From assembly GCA_951406725.2 (NCBI GenBank), contig OX597827.1:19654001-19718000 (forward strand): a DNA stretch of 64,000 bases, read 5' to 3'. A program made the translations under genes and the position numbers. The stretch comes from Octopus vulgaris. Lineage: Eukaryota. This document shows, piece by piece, positions 1-12,543 of this stretch (its first letter is position 1; each line of letters starts with the position of its first letter). The notes below the pieces were generated by a model, which searched no databases, was not told where the DNA came from, and was given only the letters and a program-made list of their open reading frames with translations.

Positions 1-540
1 AATTAGTATCCAATTTTCTCACCCTTATTAGTTGATTGTAATTATACTGCATTTAATTTTTGATGTAGTATCTGTTTCCGTGAATTTTGGCGGGCTTTGG
101 CGGGGGCACTTGAATTATAACGGCGAATGCTATCGACTGAACCGCATGTGTGTTTATCGTTATGGTAAAATCTGGCATGCGGTTGAGTATATTGTATTCT
201 GGACAAATTCAGCTGAGGAGCTACAGATATGTTATGTTAGTAAAATTACATAATTTATTAATAGCGAAACAATTGTCCTGAATTAATCTGCATTTTTGTT
301 ATTTTTTATTTGCCCTGTTCGTTTACGCTAATAGTTGTGCTAACTTTCATCGGAAACAATTCTTCGTGGCTGAAACCGTAGAGGATCTATTTTTAGTGCT
401 AGAGTTGACCACATAGTGGTCACTCTCTTATATTTACGTATAAAATTTATTGTATTCCTGGTTTTTATGCATTAAGCCACTTGGTGTTAAATTGATGGTA
501 CTATTAAATTAGTATCCAATTTTCTCACCCTTATTAGTTG

Positions 541-546
<6 letters not shown>
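1..546 (+). mobile_element. Penelope-like element terminal repeat (pLTR), partial tandem, runs off window start
   Basis: 1-40 is repeated exactly at 507-546 (period 506); contains a hammerhead motif; ends in a (TA)n/(TG)n tract; 400-546 is homologous to 3561-3716. Confidence 0.7.
206..284 (+). ncRNA. Type I hammerhead ribozyme
   Basis: stem I AATTCAG(206-212)/CTGAATT(278-284); core CTGAGGA(213-219); stem II GCTA/TAGC; GAAAC(266-270)-AATT-GTC(275-277) cleavage triplet. Confidence 0.85.
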
Positions 547-622
<76 letters not shown>

Positions 623-624
623 TA

Positions 625-1030
625 ATTTGTTTTTAGTTTCAGCTCAAAATGTGGCCGTGCTGGGGCATCGCGGTTTTGCTACACTGTTATTACTAAGAGC
701 CTTCTCTAATATGTGAATAAGGGAGTTTGATGTCGCTACCTCATTTGCACCTCTGGGACTCTCAACCAGAAGAGGTCCAGTTTTGATTTGAAAACACCTA
801 CATCCACTTTTTGTAGGACCCTGAGTATCTTTGGGAGAATATAAAAAAACTGGGGGCCCTTGAAACTCAGGCTGTTGCAGTAACAAGTCCTGAAGCACGA
901 TGGCATTGCTGGGATCTTTGGTACTGTCCTGTGTCGACCCGTTCTGGCATTGGTGTAGCTTTCGATGCCAAAATTTAGCTCAATACCTTCCAGGATCTTC
1001 AGACATATATTACTCACACCTCTCCGCAAG
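625..1030 (-). mobile_element. CR1-clade LINE 3' end (decayed ORF2 C-terminus and tail)
   Basis: ORF 736-1035 ...CYCNSLSFKGPQFFYILPK..FKSKLDLF.. matches the CR1-type ORF2 C-terminus; similar fragment at 16742-17060. Confidence 0.7.
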
Positions 1031-1232
1031 CACATAAAAGTGAAACAAGTTGGGAAAAATAGTACTCCAATACCGGTGATAGAACAATATGCTTTATTAT
1101 TAAAGTTACAAAAATATCACAAAAAAACTGCTACTCAGTTTTCCATGTTCCCGCTCGTCCGACGAAGGGGAACGTGAAACACTGAGTAGCATTTTTTGTG
1201 ATGGTTTTGCAGCTTTAATAGTAAAAGAAAAT
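1030..1232. mobile_element. Penelope-like terminal fragment with fold-back
   Basis: imperfect IR 1092-1152/1168-1227; homologous to 60346-60548; degenerate CCGACGA..GAAAC..GTA motif at the apex. Confidence 0.5.
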
Positions 1233-1271
1233 ACGTATGTGTGTGTGTGTGTGTGTGTGTATATTTATGCA

Positions 1272-1320
<49 letters not shown>

Positions 1321-1321
1321 A

Positions 1322-1710
1322 TAATTAATCAATATAGGGTGGCAAAAAAATTTTGTAGAATTTTTTTGTCACCAGCGGCCTAGTGGGAAATAATTAAATA
1401 GTCATAGACCATTTATAAGTTCAACATCACAATCAAGGAACGGCCATAATAGGCCATTCACCCACTAGAAATAACAGCCAAAGCTTCAACCGCAAAATAA
1501 CATTAACTCCGTAAACTAACCTGATTAATTTAATCAGGTTAGTTTACCATTAAACAGTAGATGAAACGGTGCATCGTATAAGAAATTACAGGGTAAACGT
1601 TTTTTTTAATTTTCTCCTGGTTTGCGGAGTTAATGTTATTTTGCGGTTGAAGCTTTGGCTGTTATTTCTAGTGGGTGAATGGCCTATTATGGCCGTTCCT
1701 TGATTGTGAT
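1322..1710. mobile_element. Penelope-like terminal fragment with 91-bp inverted repeat
   Basis: IR 1426-1516/1620-1710; hairpin 1512-1546; 3' half hammerhead GAAAC-GGTGCATC-GTA at 1563-1578; start resembles the reverse complement of 1-40; flanked by (TA)n. Confidence 0.5.
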
Positions 1711-2965
<1,255 letters not shown>

Positions 2966-2969
<4 letters not shown>

Positions 2970-3711
2970 TGACCACGAAGTGGACATCCTTTATGCTAGA
3001 AGTCGACCCCCTATGGTCTTACCACTAAGAAAAGAATGTTCTTAAGAAAATTTAGCAAACGCCAGAACGTAAGCGAGCAAGACAAATGAAAAGATACAAA
3101 ATATACAGATTAATCACAAATTCAGTTTCGTTGTTACCACTTACGTAATCACTTACGTAGATATCCGCTCGTCAGTGTGATCATCATATCAAAATAATAT
3201 GCAGAACTATACACGGGACGTCCGCATGAGATTGAACATGTATATAGTTCTACCAATTACATTTGGGGTTATATTTCAAAAGTCTTCGTTTTGGCGCGCC
3301 AAAATACCGGAAATAATTCAGCAGAAAATAATTCTTTGCAGTTAATTTTACCGGTTAGAAAACATAGTTATTTAAATTTAAAATAAGGGCAGAAAATTGA
3401 ATATTAATTTGATTAATATCAATTTAAAACCAGTGGTCTAGCATATAGAAAAATCTGAAGATTCAGAAAAGTTGTATTACATACATGTAAGGGGGATGAC
3501 CACTAAGTGAACATCCATTATGCTAGAAGTCGACCCCCTCTGGTCTTACCACTAAGAAATTAGCATAATGGATGTCCACCTAGTGGCAATCACTCTTATA
3601 TGTATGTAATATAATTTTTCTGAATCTTCAGATTTTTTTATATGCTAGACCACTGGTTTTAAATTGATATTAATTAAATTAATATTCAATTTTCCGCCCT
3701 TATTATTTTAA

Positions 3712-3716
<5 letters not shown>
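2966..3716 (-). mobile_element. Penelope-like pLTR with partial tandem and inverted segment
   Basis: direct repeat 2968-3031/3495-3558 (period 527); IR 3373-3525/3561-3716; hammerhead-like motif inside; flanked by (TA)n on both sides. Confidence 0.7.
3113..3181 (-). ncRNA. Degenerate type I hammerhead ribozyme
   Basis: minus strand: ATCACA-CTGACGA-(long imperfect stem II)-GAAAC-TGA-ATT-TGTGAT; stem I intact, cleavage triplet region mutated. Confidence 0.6.
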
Positions 3717-3756
<40 letters not shown>

Positions 3757-3757
<1 letters not shown>

Positions 3758-3953
3758 TCTTTTACTTGTTTCAGTCATTTGACTGTGGCCATGCTGGAGT
3801 ACCACCTTTAGTCGAGCAAATCGACCCCAGGACTTATTCTTTGTAAGCCTAGTACTTATTCTATCGGTCACTAATGCCGAACCGCTAAGTTACGGGGACG
3901 TAAACACACCAGCATCGGTTGTCAAGCGATGTTGGGGAGACAAACACAGACAA

Positions 3954-4050
<97 letters not shown>

Positions 4051-4216
4051 TACGACAGGCTTCTTTCAGTTTCCATCTACCAAATCCACTCACAATAATT
4101 TGGTCGGTCTGGGGCTATAGTAAAAGACACTTGCCCAAGGTGCCACGCAGTGGGACTGAACCTGGAACCATGTGATACGTAAGCAGGCTACTTATCACAC
4201 AGCCACTCCTACGCCT
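3757..4216 (-). mobile_element. tRNA-derived SINE, family A (full length, internal TA/TG microsatellite)
   Basis: A/B-box head GGAGTGGCTGTGTG..GGTTCAGTCCC; many near-identical copies in window. Confidence 0.9.
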
Positions 4217-4689
4217 ATATATATATCTTACACGAAAGATATTGCCTCAGTGCATCAGATGTATCTGTGAGAGTCTAAAATTCTTTAATTTCTGCTTCCT
4301 GGAGCGATATCAAGAAAAATATATAGTGTTATATCTCTATATCTATTGTCTGTATCTGCATCAACATCTATCATCCAACCTCCTTCCTTCCCACCCTATC
4401 CATGGTTTTTGTTTTTTAAAATTTCATATAGCTTTTTCCTCTGCAAGCCAGTCAACATCAAAATGTCGAAGCCCTTTTCGTTTAAGTCAAGGACACTCTT
4501 AGCGTTTGAGGTTACGTGAATTGCTTTATGTCTGTGTGTATATATGTGTATGATTAAGCTTGCAGTCATATAGTGAGTGTGCGTATCCGTTTAATACACA
4601 AGTAAATGTGCTTCATAGAAATCATGAGAAAAATTCATAACTTTTGCTCTTCGTTCCACGGAGCAATATCTGGCCTCTTGTATTCACAT

Positions 4690-6249
4690 TGAATTGCTGT
4701 TCTTATTGCAATGTTCCAACACTGTTCTTTTTTTTTTCTAAATGTCTGGATCCATTCTGGCTCTGTTGTACCTTTAGTATTAGCCATTAGGATAGTCCTT
4801 CTTTCATTCATCTCTCATAAACATTAGGTTTATTAAATGTGAAAGGCCCCTTGTTTCCCAAGTATACAATGAGTTGTTATGGTAGACATTACTTCAGAAT
4901 ACCCAAGCTTTTAAGAATGAAGTCTGTATTTGGTCATGAATTAAGAAACATTTGTCAGTGTTGTGCTAGTGGACAATACGTTCATTTAAAATTTAGTGGT
5001 GGTTGGGTTAGTAGATCTGTGAGTGTTGAAAGATAGTGTACCGACTCTCAGTGAATTATTACAAAGAAATTGTTGTTGAATAGGGATAACTTTATTGTGC
5101 TTACACGAGACTGCTGTTTTTATGGGACAATGTTTTACCAGTAGTCTTAATTTCAAAATGTCTGGATCCATTCTGGTTCTGTTGTACCTTTAGTATTGGC
5201 CATTAGGACAGTCCTCCTTGCAGACAGCATAGCAGATAGTTTTAGTGACACTAATCTTACTGTTGAGTAGGTTCAGTAGATGCTCTTTAAGTGATACAAT
5301 GCGACACTCAAGGGTCGTGTCGTCGGATCTTTTCAGTTTGAACGGCAGTTTTTAACATAATTTCTAGGTAACTAAAAAATTTTAAACTTCGTATACTGGT
5401 AGAATGTGTTTATAAAACATCTTTTTCTCTTGGCTTCATTGAGAAACTTCTATAGTTTGTAAAATATTTGTTGTTTATTTTCTTCAATTTCTGCTATTTC
5501 AACCAATCACTGACGTCTATTGAGTTAAAAAGCATTATGTGCCGTATGAATATGTCCCTCGTTTAAGAAACAGATTGGGTTTATTTACATTTGTGAAGAA
5601 AAAAAGATACCCTTTCCCCCACCCCTAACCCTAAACCTAACTAACCCCAAAAGAGATTGAAATGCAATAGATCGATAGTAGGGTCATAATTATGGGTGAC
5701 AATTTCATATGACACCGCTAGAAAAAACTGCCGTTCAAACCGAAAAGATCCGTGTCGTCTGACCTTATCTGTTCAACATCTCCGGTTAAATTAGGCCCTA
5801 TCAATGTCACTGTTGATGTGGAAATTATCAATCGTTGTTGGTAGCTTCTAAGTTTTGATATCCAAGACACATATTTCTTCAAGTGTCCAGTCTGATATCC
5901 CAGATATTGATATAAGCGGATGATACTTTGAAAGCATTGAGAAATATAGTTTTATTGAATGCAAATAGCTTTGATTTCCATATCTTCCAAAGTCTGCTGA
6001 AGTATTCTTTTATCATTCCACTTTTACTCACAGCAGCAATATCCTCGTTGATGCCGAGGTATTTTCAATATCCTTCACTCGTAACAGGGGCGTGGGATGT
6101 GGGGTTGAGGGGCGCGGGTTAACAGACTAATGATAACTATGTTCCTTGTGTAGTCAACGATCTTTCTTTGTTTGACCCCCAAGTTTGAACTCTTAACACC
6201 AAAAACCATTCGTATGCCCCGTGAGAATACTGTGACCAGTTCTGTCTCT
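4690..6249 (-). mobile_element. Highly decayed R4/Dong-like LINE pieces interrupted by a MITE
   Basis: degenerate peptide ..VFSRGIRMVFGVKSS.. resembles the GMEFGxDKC motif seen at 29616-29858; ~60-bp duplication 4740-4799/5157-5215. Confidence 0.35.
5325..5751 (+). mobile_element. MITE family M (GGATCTTTTCGGTTTGAACGGCAGTTTT TIR)
   Basis: ~28-bp TIRs; 8-bp TSD GTGTCGTC. Confidence 0.95.
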
Positions 6250-6556
6250 GGATCTTTTCGGTTTGAACGGCAGTTTTTTCTAGCGGTGTCATATGAAATT
6301 TTCACCCATAATTATGACCCTAGTATCGATCTATTGCATTTCAATCTGTTTTAGGGTTAGTGGTGGGGTGAAGGGTATCTTTTTTTCTTCACAAATGTAA
6401 ATAAACCCAATCTGTTTCTTAAACGAGGGACATATTCATACGGCACAGAATGTTTTTTTTACCTCAAATACGTCATTGATTGGTTGAAATTGCAGAAATT
6501 GAAGAAAAACAACAACAAATTCTTACAGACTATAGAATTTTCTCAATAAAGCCAAG
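6250..6556 (-). mobile_element. MITE family M, truncated copy
   Basis: one TIR plus ~300 bp of body; other end missing. Confidence 0.9.
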
Positions 6557-6667
6557 GAATCTTTTTACGATTGTGAAAATTTTCACATTTTCGCTCGCAG
6601 TTCGTATTTAAGAGCAATGAGCTTGCGTATCAATATCTCTTATCGAAAGTGGCATAGAATTTAGATA

Positions 6668-7105
6668 GGATCTTTTCGGTTTCAACGGCAGTTTTTTCTA
6701 GCGGAGTCATATGAAATTGTCACCCATAATTATGACCCTATTATCGATCTATTGCATTTCAATCTGTTTTAGGGTTCGGGTTAGAGTTAGGGTTAGGGTT
6801 AGGGGTGGGGGAAGGGTATCTTTTTTTCTTCATAAATGTAAATAAACCCAAGGTGTTTCTTAAACGAAGGACATATTCATACGGCACAGAATGCTTTTTT
6901 TTTTTACCTCAATGGACGTAACTGATTGGTTGAAATTGCAGAAATTGTAGAAAAAACAACAAATATCTTACAAACTATAGAATATTCTCAATAAAGCCAA
7001 GAGAAAAAGATGTTTTATAAACACATTCTACCAGTATACGAAGTTTAAAATTTTTTAGTTACCTAGAAATTATGTTAAAAATTGCCGTTCAAACCGAAAA
7101 GATCC
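6668..7105 (-). mobile_element. MITE family M
   Basis: TIRs; 8-bp TSD TTTAGATA; longest TTAGGG-like tract (6768-6804). Confidence 0.95.
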
Positions 7106-7229
7106 TTTAGATATGTATGTATGTGTATGAATGTATATATGCATGTATTAGCGTATGAATGTATGTATCTATGTGTATGTAATGCATATTCGAATGTATG
7201 TATGTATGAATGTATGTATGTATATATGT

Positions 7230-7430
7230 GGATGACTTAAACGACATGCAAAGGTACATGAAGCCCAGTTGCAACAACAGCCGGCTATTACAAGTAAAGG
7301 TTTTAGTTGCCAATTTTGTACAAGACATTGTAGGTCTTTAGCTGGGTTAAAAAGTCACATTCGATCACAGCACCAATAACAGTTAAGCTTCGTGCAATGG
7401 CCATACTCGATAACGAGGGGGCAGCCATAA
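7230..7430 (+). mobile_element. RTE (BovB-like) LINE 3' end
   Basis: encodes FSCQFCTRHCRSLAGLKSHIRSQH* (C2H2 terminal motif) followed by a short tail; sits in (TATG)n. Confidence 0.6.
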
Positions 7431-7706
7431 TGTATGTATGTACTGAATGTTTCTTTAGCAATGTTTTTACAGGGTCGGGTTGCTAACCTAATGCCTAACC
7501 CTTCTCCTTCTCATCCTGGACTTGTGACTAGGCTATGGTGCAGAAAAAGATACTGGCCAAGGAAGACATAGCATTGTACCTTCGAAGAAGACTTACGCAG
7601 ACTGAACCTAACCTGGGAAGATGCATGCCGGTTGGCCAGAGACGGAGATAATCGATGACTACTGACTGCTCGATGCGCCACTCAAAGGCACCAACGGACC
7701 TAAGAT

Positions 7707-8121
7707 GGATCTTTTCGGTTTGAACGGCATTTTTTCTAGCGGTGTCATATGAATTGTCACCCGTAATTATGACCCTAGTATCGATCTATTGCATTTCAAT
7801 CTATTTTAGGGTTAGTTAGGGGTGGGGGAAGGGTATGTTTTTTTTCTTCACAAATGTAAATAAACCCAATCTGTTTCTTAAACGAGGGACATATTCATAC
7901 GACACAGAATGTTTTTTTTTACCTCAAATACGTCATTGATTGGTTGAAATTGTAGAAATTGAAGAAAAACAACAACAGATATTTTATAAACTATAGAATT
8001 TTCTCAATAAAGCCAAGAGAAAAAGATGTTTTATAAACACATTCTACCAGTATACGAAGTTTAACATTTTTTAGTTACCTAGAAATTATGTTAAAAACTG
8101 CCGTTCAAACCGAAAAGATCC
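7707..8121 (-). mobile_element. MITE family M
   Basis: TIRs; 8-bp TSD CCTAAGAT. Confidence 0.95.
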
Positions 8122-8172
8122 CCTAAGATGAAGAAGAATGTATCCATGTATGTATGTATGTGTGTGTGTATG

Positions 8173-8206
<34 letters not shown>

Positions 8207-8384
8207 TGTATGTATGTATGTATGTATGTATGTATGAATGTGCATGCGTGCGTATGTATGTATATTTACGGGACCGACGCTTAGCTCCAGTGAAGGTGAG
8301 ATAAATATCTCGGATAAGACACCAATACACCGCAAATAAACTCTCTCTCAGAATGAAGCGTTAATGTTTGTCTGTGAGATGATT

Positions 8385-8389
8385 GCTGC

Positions 8390-8420
<31 letters not shown>

Positions 8421-8580
8421 GGGTAGTCCTAACCTGATTGAGTAGACCTTTAGTCAGAGGTGTTCCATCCGTGACCATTTCGTCTGTTTGTATACTGGGA
8501 CTATATTGTCCGATGTGTCTTCTTGTTTTTTTTTGGAGTAGTAAGAAGTGATTTGAGGAAATTTGGTCGCTATTTCTAGG
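8385..8580 (-). mobile_element. Old SINE/LINE 3' tail family D ending in (CAA)n
   Basis: CTAGAAATAGC..TGGTCACGG..(AAC)n motif shared with 36062-36215, 44925-45085, 49990-50182, 53770-53960. Confidence 0.55.
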
Positions 8581-9174
8581 AGTTCGTATGACCACTCTTC
8601 GTGTTTGGGTCAGGTGAAAAAGTGAAATACAAAGGTAGAGTGAGAGTGAGAGAAAGAGAGAGAGAATGAGAGAGAGAAAGAGAGAGAGAGAGAGGTAGTG
8701 ATAGAGAGAGGATGGAATTAGGAAATAAATAGTAAGAGATAGAAAGAAAAGATGTAGCAGAAAAAATGAGGAAGAGAAAATGGAGGAAAATCAGAGAAAA
8801 AGAGCGTGGGGAGTGGGGGGTGGAGAGTAAGAACAGCAAAAAGAGAAAAAAAAGAAGAGAAAGTGAGAGAGAGAGAAAGAAAGAGAGAAATAAAGTGAAA
8901 GATGAAATACGAAAGATTAAAAGAGAAAGTAAAAGTGAGAAAGACAGAAGAGGATTTAGAGGGAGGAAGAGAGGGGGAGGAGGAGGATAGAGTGTGACAG
9001 TCACCCCACCTACCGGCGAATCAATCGCTTGTCTATCATTGAAAATTCGACTACAACTCCTCCTCCCACCACCACCACTTCAGCTTTACTCTCCCCCCTT
9101 CCCTCTTCCTCGTTTCACTGCTTTTTTTTCTTTATTTTCTCTCTCTTTTCATTGATTGCTTCTTTGTTTTTCTT

Positions 9175-9331
9175 CACACACACACACACACAGGTACACA
9201 CTCACACACACACACACACAAATACACACACACGCAAATACACACACACACACACACACACAAAGGTACACACACACACAGGTACACACACACACACACA
9301 AACACACACACAGGTACACACACACACAGGT

Positions 9332-9364
<33 letters not shown>

Positions 9365-10367
9365 CAGGTACACACACACACAAACACACACACACGCAAA
9401 TACACACACACAGGTACACACACACACACACAAACAGGTACACACACACAGGTACACACACACACACACACACACACAGGTACACACACACACACACAGA
9501 GGTACAGACACACACACAAACACGCACATACACACACACACACACATCTCATTCATTCATCTTACGCTGTTGTTTCCTTTCCTTTTTTTCTTCCTCTCAC
9601 TACGACTCCACTCGTATCCCCCCCCTTTTCTTCTCTCTCACTCTCGCTTCTCTCTCCACCCCCACCCCCTCTCTCACTTTCGTCTACTCTCCCCCCTACC
9701 AAGATCGATACCACCACCCCCTCCATTCACCATCCGTTTAACTCTCCTTGACACGCCCCCCTCTTCTTTCACACTTCGTCTCTTCAACTCGCCCTCACCC
9801 CATCGCCAACCCACCGCTCATCCTATTCCTCTCGACTCTCTCTCTCACCTTACGCATACATAGATGTGTGTGAGTGTGTGTGTGTGTGTATCTACCTCCA
9901 CCACAACCATCTCTCCATTCATTCATTCATTCATTCATTCTACTTCTTCTCTTTCTTCTCCTTCTCCTCCTTCGCCTTCTCCTCCTTCTTCCAAGTCTAT
10001 TCCCTCCTCTCACCCCCTCTCTCATTACGCTTACTCGTTTAGTTTCCTTGCACAGTCAACTGCCCGCACACACACACACACATACACACACACGCATACA
10101 CACACACATACACACACATACACACACATACACACACATACACACACTCGCATACACACGCATACACACATACACACACATGTACATTCGCACAGACATA
10201 TGCACACACACACACACACACATACACACATACATACACCCACATCCCCCCATAACACACCTATACCCCCCACACACACACGCAACGCTGAGTTCACTAA
10301 AATAGCATCCCGACATCATTGACACAAACGCACACACACGCACACTCACACACACGCACACTCACAC

Positions 10368-10428
<61 letters not shown>

Positions 10429-10681
10429 CACACACACACGAGGAAGGAAAAATAACGTACAGGAAAACACACACAAGCTTCTTATGAGCTTGCAAATTCG
10501 GATAGACCGCCCAGGGTCCCGTACGCACACACACGCACATACACACATACACACATACACAGCTATTATACGAAGCACACACATACGCCTACACAAGCGA
10601 TTCCCCCCTCCTCCTCCCTCCGTAAGAAAATGCTTTTTTCTTTTTCTTCTCCCAGACAGTAAATAGAGCTTAGTGACGACG

Positions 10682-10726
<45 letters not shown>

Positions 10727-11010
10727 TCAAACGACAAATACACATACATACACACACGTACTCGATCACATTTTTACACATACACACACACACACACAAA
10801 CTGATTCACACTATTGCTTGGGCTGAGGTAGTCATAAATACATACATACACACACGCTCACGCACATACACACACGCTCACGCAAATGTGACACACACAC
10901 ACACACATACACACACGCTCATACATACATACACGTACTCGATCACATATTTACACACACACACACACACAAACTGATCCACACTATTGCTTGGGCTGAG
11001 GCAGTCATAA

Positions 11011-11080
<70 letters not shown>

Positions 11081-11110
11081 ACACACATACACACACGCTC
11101 ACGCAAATGT
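9175..11110. repeat. (CA)n-rich compound microsatellite region with unique islands
   Basis: direct inspection; includes CAGGTACACA variant units at 9190-9510. Confidence 0.9.
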
Positions 11111-11115
11111 GACAC
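10743..11115. repeat. ~180-bp tandem duplication
   Basis: CGTACTCGATCACAT..AAACTGAT.CACACTATTGCTTGGGCTGAGG.AGTCATAAATAC occurs twice. Confidence 0.9.
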
Positions 11116-11718
11116 AAACGTTTACAAAAACATATACTTACGTGATTATACGTACACACACTATACACATATATACACACTTGAAAGCACACCACATCAA
11201 TAGCGCATGTAAATACTATATATATATATAAATATATATATATATACACACACCTATATATGTATGTAGGTGTGTGTGGCTAAAGCGCACATGCACGCAC
11301 CTGCTGCCCCACCCATCTAACTCACAAACATATATAGTTTTCTATCTCGCATATACACCCGCCCCCACGCACGCACGCACGTATATATATATAAATATAT
11401 GAATTCGTCCATGGATCCCTTTTCACGTGGACAAGGGAGGGAGATCTGCACCGAACTGTTGTGGTGGAACGGAACCGAAACGAAACAAAACTAAAAAAAA
11501 AACAAACCAAACCAAACCAAACAAACAAATAACAAACAACAGTTAAGCAAAACAATAAACAATAAACAAAAAAAAAAACAAACAAACAAACAGTAGCAGC
11601 AGCAGTAGCAGCGGTAGCAGTATCGGCAGCAGTAGCATCATCATCATCATCATCAACAAAAATAATAAACAAGGTGACTATCTATCTATCTATCAATCAA
11701 TCTATCTATCTATCAATG

Positions 11719-11750
<32 letters not shown>

Positions 11751-11779
11751 TATCTATCTATCTATCTATCTATCTACCT

Positions 11780-11840
<61 letters not shown>

Positions 11841-11942
11841 CATATATACATACATACACACACACATATATATATATGTATGTATATATATATATGTATG
11901 TATATATATATGTATGTATATGTATATATATATATATATATG

Positions 11943-11986
<44 letters not shown>

Positions 11987-11987
11987 C

Positions 11988-12022
<35 letters not shown>

Positions 12023-12098
12023 TACCGTATATATATATATATATATATCTATATATGTGTGTGTGTATATATATATATATATATACATACATACATAC

Positions 12099-12132
<34 letters not shown>

Positions 12133-12367
12133 AATGATGAAAAAAAAAAACAAAGCAAAGTTTTCGCCTTAACTGGTTTAAGCAGCGATTATCGATCATG
12201 TTTATGCTGGAGTGAGTGTATATAAGACGGTATATATATATATATATATGTTTATATGTATAGTTCATAGAAGTGGGCATAGCAACATACATACACACAA
12301 GAAACGTAATTACTTATGTATGCATGTATTTACGGATGGATATGCTTGTACGTGTATACATACATAT

Positions 12368-12422
<55 letters not shown>

Positions 12423-12499
12423 CACACACACATACACACATATGTACAGTTATGCATAAACACACATCTATTTGTACATGCATAGATGTATGTAAATTT

Positions 12500-12543
<44 letters not shown>

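Noticed and set aside
10824-10834. Short matches to conserved miRNA 5' ends (TGAGGTAGT let-7; TAATACTGTCA miR-8 at ~31367; TGAAAGACATG miR-71 antisense at ~39742)
   Set aside because: Only 9-11 nt match, no full mature sequence or precursor hairpin
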